The notes under the pieces: generated by a model
Seen by the model: the letters and a program-made list of their open reading frames with translations, nothing else
What the model was told of the DNA's origin: nothing
The model's database searches: none
From: Pseudomonadota bacterium
GTDB taxonomy: Bacteria > Pseudomonadota > Alphaproteobacteria > Rhodobacterales > Rhodobacteraceae
Assembly: GCA_038750185.1 (NCBI GenBank)
Contig: JBCDHK010000001.1
Location: 1-35,248, forward strand
DNA: 35,248 nt
Direction: 5' to 3'
Shown: piece by piece, positions 29,791 to 35,248 of the stretch
How positions within the stretch are numbered: the stretch's first letter is position 1
Layout: each line of letters starts with the position of its first letter
Position numbers and translations under genes: made by a program

Positions 29791-29936
29791 GCGCCGCCGC
29801 TGACGGGAGGTACGCGCGCAAATGCCCCTCTACAGGCGTAGAGGCGGCTGATACTGTGCTCGACGGGGACGGATTGCGCCGGCTTGGCCGTAACGGTCCA
29901 GGAGACGGCACGATACGCGACGGGAACTCGATATGG

Positions 29937-29950
29937 TTGAGATAGATCAA
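29937..29950. promoter_or_regulatory. FNR/FnrL/FixK-type binding site
   Basis: TTGAGATAGATCAA is a perfect TTGA-N6-TCAA and one mismatch from TTGAT-N4-ATCAA; centred ~40 nt upstream of ATG 29983. Confidence 0.5.
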
Positions 29951-29982
29951 GATCGCCCGGGCCCTCCAGTGCGGCAGACGCG

Positions 29983-31116
29983 ATGAACCGCGGCATGCTG
30001 CCCGTACCGCCCGTTGCGGTGGCCGCGCCGCGCATCGCGCTGGTGGCGCCGCGCAACATGCGCTTTACCCCGGCCTGCGCCACCTCCATCGATCTCAACA
30101 TCCGCGAAACCGCGCTCTGGAGCCGCTTCAACGACCGCATCGTGGTGTTTGCCGAGGAGGTCGAGGCGCCGTTTGACGATGTGGAGGTGCGATTTTGGCC
30201 GCGCGGCCAGCCCAAGGGCAACCTGGAGCGCCTGCTGGCCGAAGAGCGCCCTGACCTGATCGTCGCCCACCAGCATCTACCGACAGCAGCGCGTCTGGCA
30301 GCGCGCTTTGCCGACACGCCAGTGGTGCTGGTCCGGCACAATTTTCAAAACCCGCCGCGCAATCTGCTCTCGGGTTGGCTCAAGCGGCGCCTGCTCAATA
30401 GCCTCGCCGCCATCGCCTTTGTCTCGGAGGGCTGTCGCGAGCACTTCCGCCAGCATTGGCCCAGCATCGCCACCCCGGTGCACGTCATTCCCAATGGTGT
30501 CGACAGCAAAGCGTGGTCGAGCGCTGCCAAGGAGCCGCTGGTGCTGTTTTGTGGGCGCATGGCGCCGGAAAAGGGCGTGCTCGAAGCGGCGCTGGCGTTG
30601 GAGCGGGTGCTGGCGGCCCATCCCGGTTGGCGTGGCCTGTTCATCTGTGCGCTCTCGCCCGAGCATGCGGCCTATGAGCGCGCGGTGCGAGAGGTGCTGG
30701 AGCGCATCGGCGCTGGTGCCGAGCTGCTCACCGATCTGCCCCATGAGGAGGTGCGTGCCTGGATGGCGCGCTGTTCGATCGCCTTAGCGCCCACCCAAGG
30801 GGCCGAGCCGTTTGGGCGGGTGGCCATCGAGGCCATGGCCAGCGGCGCGGCAGTGGTCGCCACCCACGCCGGGGGCTTTGTCGAGGTGATCGGCGAGGCG
30901 GGCGTGCTGCTGCCCCAACCCGATGCCGATCATCTGAGCCAGGCCGTCGCCGCCTTGATCGAGACCCCCGACGAGCGCGCGCGCCTCTCGCGCGCGGCGC
31001 GGGCGCGGGTGACGGCGCACTATGACCTCAGCTGTGCCGTCGCTGCTTTCGACCGCATGGCCGCCGGGCTGCTCGGGCGCGAAGGTGGGATGGACAGTTC
31101 CCCCCGCCTCGACTAG
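29983..31116 (+). CDS. GT4 glycosyltransferase
   Basis: VIPNGVD, LFCGRMAPEKG, EPFGRVAIEAMASG (E-X7-E). Start 29983 or 29995. Confidence 0.9.
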   Translation: MNRGMLPVPPVAVAAPRIALVAPRNMRFTPACATSIDLNIRETALWSRFNDRIVVFAEEVEAPFDDVEVRFWPRGQPKGNLERLLAEERPDLIVAHQHLPTAARLAARFADTPVVLVRHNFQNPPRNLLSGWLKRRLLNSLAAIAFVSEGCREHFRQHWPSIATPVHVIPNGVDSKAWSSAAKEPLVLFCGRMAPEKGVLEAALALERVLAAHPGWRGLFICALSPEHAAYERAVREVLERIGAGAELLTDLPHEEVRAWMARCSIALAPTQGAEPFGRVAIEAMASGAAVVATHAGGFVEVIGEAGVLLPQPDADHLSQAVAALIETPDERARLSRAARARVTAHYDLSCAVAAFDRMAAGLLGREGGMDSSPRLD

Positions 31117-31128
31117 AGCGCAAAGGCC

Positions 31129-32388
31129 ATGCTCCAACCCACACCAGGACCCGCCACCACGCCCCCTGCGCCTGCCTCCCCCGTGCCCGGCTCCCCCGTG
31201 CCCAGTCGCTCTATGCCCAACGACGACCCGGAACGACGCTTTCGCAGCCTGCCGTTTGCCCTGCGCCGCTGGAGCTTTTCTGCGATCTGGCGCCAGGTTA
31301 GGATGCCGGTCAGGCGTCGGCGCTGGCAGGGCTTGAACCGCACCGTAGCCGCGCCTTACGCCAAAGCAGCCGCGCCCAAGGCCGAGGGTATATCGCTGGC
31401 AATGGGCGATTTCTCGGGCCAGAGCGGCCTGTCGCGCGCCGCCCTCTACGAGTTGGAGCGCCTGCGCCAGAGTGTCCCCGATCTAGAGGCCATCGATCTC
31501 AACGCGCCCTCGCCCGTCGAGACTACCGTCGGCACGCTCTATCTGCTCTCGGCGCCAGATACCTTCGCCCGCCTCTTACCGCTGATCGCACCCGAGCGCA
31601 TTGCCGAGGCCCACCGCATCGGGCTCTGGGTGTGGGAGAGCCCGCTGTTTCCCGAGGACTGGCGCTTTGCCCTCGATCTGGTGCACGAGATCTGGACGCC
31701 CTCGGCCTACAGCCGCCACGCGCTGATCCAGGCGGACGAGCGCGTGCCCGTGCATGTGCGCCCCCACCACGTCGGTCCACCACAACGCGTCGCCCCGCTC
31801 GACCGACAGGCCTGGAATATCCCCGAGGACGCTTTTCTGGGCCTCGCCATCATGGACCTGACCAGTTGTCCCGCGCGCAAAAACCCTTGGGCGCATGTCG
31901 CAGCCTGGCAGGCGGCCTTTGGCGACGATCCGGACAAGGTATTGCTGCTCAAGGCCCGCGTCTCCAAACGCACCCGCGTCGTGCTCGACGAACTGGCCGA
32001 GATGATTGGAGGGGCGGGTAACATCCACGTGTTCGAGGCGCATCTGAGCGAGGCGGAGATCGCCGGCCTCCAGCGCGGCGCCGATGTCTATCTCTCGCTC
32101 CACCGCGCGGAAGGCTATGGCCTCAACATCCGTGAATGCCTCGACGCCGGCATCGATGTGCTCGCCACCGATTGGTCGGCCAACGCCGAATACGGTCCCT
32201 CCTACGACAACTACCACCCCGTGCCCTGGCGTCTGGTGCCCTATCGCGACTGGACGCGCCACTACCCCGACGGCGCCTTCGCCTGGGCCGAAGCCGACAT
32301 CGCCGCCGCCGCACGCATGCTGCGCGCCCTTGCCGCCCGCAGCGCCGGCGCGAGCGCTCCCGCCCTGCCCGACCGAGCCCTATCATGA
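31129..32388 (+). CDS. GT4-like glycosyltransferase with Pro-rich N-terminus
   Basis: IGLWVWE, EIWTPSAYS, RKNP, YLSLHRAEGYGLNIRE (E-X7-E), WAEAD. Start may be 31213. Confidence 0.85.
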   Translation: MLQPTPGPATTPPAPASPVPGSPVPSRSMPNDDPERRFRSLPFALRRWSFSAIWRQVRMPVRRRRWQGLNRTVAAPYAKAAAPKAEGISLAMGDFSGQSGLSRAALYELERLRQSVPDLEAIDLNAPSPVETTVGTLYLLSAPDTFARLLPLIAPERIAEAHRIGLWVWESPLFPEDWRFALDLVHEIWTPSAYSRHALIQADERVPVHVRPHHVGPPQRVAPLDRQAWNIPEDAFLGLAIMDLTSCPARKNPWAHVAAWQAAFGDDPDKVLLLKARVSKRTRVVLDELAEMIGGAGNIHVFEAHLSEAEIAGLQRGADVYLSLHRAEGYGLNIRECLDAGIDVLATDWSANAEYGPSYDNYHPVPWRLVPYRDWTRHYPDGAFAWAEADIAAAARMLRALAARSAGASAPALPDRALS

Positions 32389-34175
32389 CCGTCACCGCCA
32401 GCCACGATACCGCCCCGCCCAAGCTGCCCAAACGCCCCCTACCCGAGCAGATCGAACTGCTACGCCGTTTGATGTTCGACACCGCGCTCAAGCACTGGAA
32501 GGGCTATGCTGTGGGGCTCGGCTTCATGGCGCTGGTCGCCACCATGACCGGGCTCAGCGCCTGGATCATCAAGGACGTCATCAACGAGATCTTCATCGAG
32601 CGCAACGCCGATATGGTCGGCGTGATCGCGGGTGCTGTGGCGACGATCTACATCGTCAAGGGGTTGGCCAGCTATGTCCACCAAGTCGCCCTGGCGCGGG
32701 TCGGCAATGCCATCGTGGCCGATCTGCAGATGCGCATGTTCGATCATGTCCAGCGCCACCGGCTCGACTTTTATGATCGGCTGACCACCGGCCAACTGAC
32801 CATGCGCTTCAACAATTGCGCCCGCGCCGCACGCGAAGCCATCAACGGCGTCGTGACCAGCATGGGGCGCGATCTATTCACGCTGATCGCGCTCGGTGTG
32901 GTGATGATCGTCCAGGATCCGCTGTTGGCTGGGATCGCGCTCTTGGTCGGCCCGCCCATCGCCTATGGCGAATGGATCCTGGTGCGCCGCGTCAAGGCCA
33001 TCGCCAAGGCCGAGTTGCAGTCCATCGCTAAGATCGTCACCACCATCCAGCAAACCGCCCAAGGTGCCCGCGTGGTCAAGGCGTTCGGGCTGGAGCCGGT
33101 GATGCGCGCCGATATGGACGAGGCGGTCGAGGGTGTGCGCGAGCGCGCTGACCGCATCGCCCAAGTCGGCGCCCTGACCAACCCGCTAATGGAGACCTTC
33201 GGCGGGCTCGCCATCGCGGCGGTGATCGTCTACGGCGGCTGGCGCGTGATCGCAGGCGACGGCGATGCGGGGGCGTTCTTCTCGTTCATCACCGCGCTCC
33301 TCATGGCCTATGAGCCGGCCAAGCGTCTGGCCAAGCTCAATATCGCACTCAACACCGCCCTCGTCGGCGTGCAGATGCTCTATACTCTGCTCGACATGAA
33401 GCCCGAGATCGAGGAGGTCGACGATGCCAAGCCCCTCAACCTCGACGGCGGCATGGTGCGCTTCGACCGGGTGCGCTTTGCCTATTCGGGCAAGGCCGCC
33501 GCGCTCGACGATGTCAGCTTCGAGGCACCAGCGGGCAAAGTGACGGCGCTGGTCGGGCCTTCGGGAGCGGGCAAGTCCACCGTCTTTGCGCTGATCGAGC
33601 GCTTCTACGATCCCCGATCGGGCATCGTCTCCATCGACGGCCAGGACGTGCGCCAACTGCGCTTTGCCTCACTGCGCGAACACGTCGCCTATGTCAGCCA
33701 GGACGCCTATCTGTTCGAGGGCACCATCGCCTCCAACATTCGCTTAGGCCGCACCGGCGCCAGCGACGACGAAGTGATCGCCGCCGCCAAGGCCGCCAAC
33801 GCGCACGCGTTCATCATGGCCCGCCCCCAAGGCTACGACGCGCCCATCGGCGAGAACGGCGCCATGCTCTCGGGCGGTGAGCGCCAGCGCATCGCCATCG
33901 CGCGGGCCATGCTGCGCCAGGCGCCGATCCTGCTGCTGGACGAACCCACCTCCGCCCTCGATGCCGAGACCGAGGCCAAGGTGGGCGAGGCGCTGGAGCG
34001 GCTGATGAGAGGGCGCACCACACTGGTCATCGCCCACCGCCTGGCCACGGTGCGCCATGCCGATGTGATCCACGTCCTCGACAAGGGGCGCGTGGCCGAG
34101 AGCGGCACCCACGAGGAGTTGCGCGCGGGGGGCGGGCTTTATGCGCGGCTGAGCGATCTGCAGTTCAGCCTATGA
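32385..34175 (+). CDS. MsbA-like ABC exporter (TMD+NBD, 596 aa)
   Basis: N-terminal TMD, Walker A GPSGAGKST, ERFYDP, VSQD, LSGGERQRIAIARA, LLLDEPTSALD, IAHRL; true start ATG 32385 overlaps the GT stop (ATGA). Confidence 0.92.
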   Translation: MTVTASHDTAPPKLPKRPLPEQIELLRRLMFDTALKHWKGYAVGLGFMALVATMTGLSAWIIKDVINEIFIERNADMVGVIAGAVATIYIVKGLASYVHQVALARVGNAIVADLQMRMFDHVQRHRLDFYDRLTTGQLTMRFNNCARAAREAINGVVTSMGRDLFTLIALGVVMIVQDPLLAGIALLVGPPIAYGEWILVRRVKAIAKAELQSIAKIVTTIQQTAQGARVVKAFGLEPVMRADMDEAVEGVRERADRIAQVGALTNPLMETFGGLAIAAVIVYGGWRVIAGDGDAGAFFSFITALLMAYEPAKRLAKLNIALNTALVGVQMLYTLLDMKPEIEEVDDAKPLNLDGGMVRFDRVRFAYSGKAAALDDVSFEAPAGKVTALVGPSGAGKSTVFALIERFYDPRSGIVSIDGQDVRQLRFASLREHVAYVSQDAYLFEGTIASNIRLGRTGASDDEVIAAAKAANAHAFIMARPQGYDAPIGENGAMLSGGERQRIAIARAMLRQAPILLLDEPTSALDAETEAKVGEALERLMRGRTTLVIAHRLATVRHADVIHVLDKGRVAESGTHEELRAGGGLYARLSDLQFSL

Positions 34176-34239
34176 GCCCCGTGCGTTGAGCGCTGTCTCC
34201 ACCGCGGGTCACACCTGAGTGCGCCGACTATAGTGGCGC

Positions 34240-34268
34240 TTGCGAACTCCTGCCGGCAGACCTACTCT
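34240..34268 (+). promoter_or_regulatory. sigma70 promoter of ccmC (probable leaderless mRNA)
   Basis: TTGCGA-N17-TACTCT, then 6 nt to ATG 34275; no SD. Confidence 0.6.
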
Positions 34269-34274
34269 CTACAC

Positions 34275-35048
34275 ATGTCGATCTGGCGCTTTGCAAATCC
34301 GGCCGAGTTCATGCGGCTGACCGACCGGCTGCTCGCCCCGGTCTGGATCGCGGCCTGTGGGCTGCTGGCGCTCGGCCTGTCCTGGTCGCTGCTTGCCACG
34401 CCCGACGACTACCAGCAGGGCTCGACGGTCAAGATCCTGTTCATCCACGTTCCTGCCGCCATGCTGGCGATCAACACCTATGCGCTGATGGCCGTGGCCT
34501 CGCTGATCGGCTTGGTGCGCCGCCATCAGGTCTCGTTTCTCATCGCTAAGGCCGCAGCCCCCATCGGCGCCGCTTTCACTGCCGTCGCGCTGATCACCGG
34601 CGCCGTCTGGGGCCAGCCGATGTGGGGGACGTGGTGGGTGTGGGATGCGCGCCTGACCGCCGTCTTGATCATGTTCTTTTTCTATCTCGGCTACATGGCG
34701 CTCTGGGAGGCGATAGAAGACCCCTACCAAGCCTCCGATCTTACGGCCATCCTCTGCTTGGTTGGCGTCGTGTTCGCCTTCCTCGCTCGCTATGCGGTCA
34801 ACTTCTGGGCAACGCTCCACCAAGGTGCCTCGCTCTCGGTGGCAGCGGGGCAGCGGGTCGACGATGCCTTCCGGCTGCCGCTCTATGTGATGATGGCCGC
34901 TTTCTACGTGCTGTTCATCGCCCTCTTGCTGGTGCGCACCCGCACCGAGATCCGCGCCCGGCGCGCGCGGCGTCTGCGCGAGGAAGCCGCCCGCGCTACA
35001 GAGCGCCTCGACGCTGCGCCACTGCCGCAAGGGGCTGCCGGGGCGTGA
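34275..35048 (+). CDS. ccmC: Heme exporter / heme delivery protein CcmC
   Basis: MSIWRFANP, IHVP, WWD motif WGQPMWGTWWVWDARLT, TLHQ. Confidence 0.97.
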   Translation: MSIWRFANPAEFMRLTDRLLAPVWIAACGLLALGLSWSLLATPDDYQQGSTVKILFIHVPAAMLAINTYALMAVASLIGLVRRHQVSFLIAKAAAPIGAAFTAVALITGAVWGQPMWGTWWVWDARLTAVLIMFFFYLGYMALWEAIEDPYQASDLTAILCLVGVVFAFLARYAVNFWATLHQGASLSVAAGQRVDDAFRLPLYVMMAAFYVLFIALLLVRTRTEIRARRARRLREEAARATERLDAAPLPQGAAGA

Positions 35049-35188
35049 GCGATCCCTATCTTCCATACGTGCTCGGCGCGTACGGCGCCACGGCGCTCAT
35101 CGTGGGCGGGTTGCTCTGGATCAGTCTTGCCGCCAACGCCCGCGTGCGCCGCGAACTCGATGCCGCCGAAAAGGAGCGCCGCCAATGA
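35045..35188 (+). CDS. ccmD: Heme exporter protein CcmD (47 aa)
   Basis: GTG overlapping the ccmC stop (GTGA); YLPYVLGAYGATALIVGGLLWISL followed by the charged tail RVRRELDAAEKERRQ. Confidence 0.88.
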   Translation: MSDPYLPYVLGAYGATALIVGGLLWISLAANARVRRELDAAEKERRQ

Positions 35189-35190
35189 CC

Positions 35191-35248
35191 GCCCCTTGCG
35201 GCAGTGGCGCAGCGTCGAGGCGCTCTGTAGCGCGGGCGGCTTCCTCGC
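35191..35248. repeat. Perfect 58-bp inverted copy of 34978-35035 (ccmC 3' end), running to the window end
   Basis: The reverse complement of 35191-35248 equals gcgaggaagccgcccgcgctacagagcgcctcgacgctgcgccactgccgcaaggggc at 34978-35035. Confidence 0.97.

Noticed and set aside
31141-31210. Short SPVP-encoding direct repeat in the Pro-rich N-terminus of the 31129 GT
   Set aside because: Only two imperfect copies in low-complexity sequence; no array or mobile-element signature.
32136-32384. Arg-rich N-terminal extension of the ABC exporter ORF (similarly 25002-25235, 14644-14925, 13575-13739, 34622-35044)
   Set aside because: These are ORF-caller extensions overlapping neighbouring genes or promoters; ATGA/GTGA-coupled or motif-supported starts lie downstream.

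Overview
GC-rich alphaproteobacterial chromosome segment; the gene order points to Rhodobacterales. It begins in the 3' end of an IS256-family element, followed by ccmA-ccmB. Next comes the conserved minus-strand block dusB-ntrB-ntrC-ntrY-ntrX-trkA-trkH-hfq-hflX, with ispDF-pgpA-cinA divergent from it. Then come ratA, an ABC transmembrane-domain-only gene, lipA, an orphan 100-aa membrane protein, a CsgA-like SDR, a GT4 glycosyltransferase and argD-argF. A ~10.5 kb accessory glycan cluster follows (four GT4 domains, three SAM-methyltransferase domains, an MsbA-like exporter), then ccmC-ccmD. Main observations: (1) the orphan 100-aa gene has a promoter built like a photosynthesis-gene promoter (RegA/PrrA-like box, sigma70 -35/-10, tandem PpsR/CrtJ boxes 7 bp apart), making it a candidate unknown photosynthesis-regulon protein outside the photosynthesis gene cluster; (2) a methylated-glycan locus with a GT-MTase-Ig fusion, a coiled-coil MTase and an FNR-type box; (3) the ccmABCD(G) operon is split by ~32.7 kb; (4) the last 58 nt are a perfect inverted copy of the ccmC 3' end, probably a chimeric contig end. 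All calls come from reading the sequence and recalled family motifs; no database searches were run.
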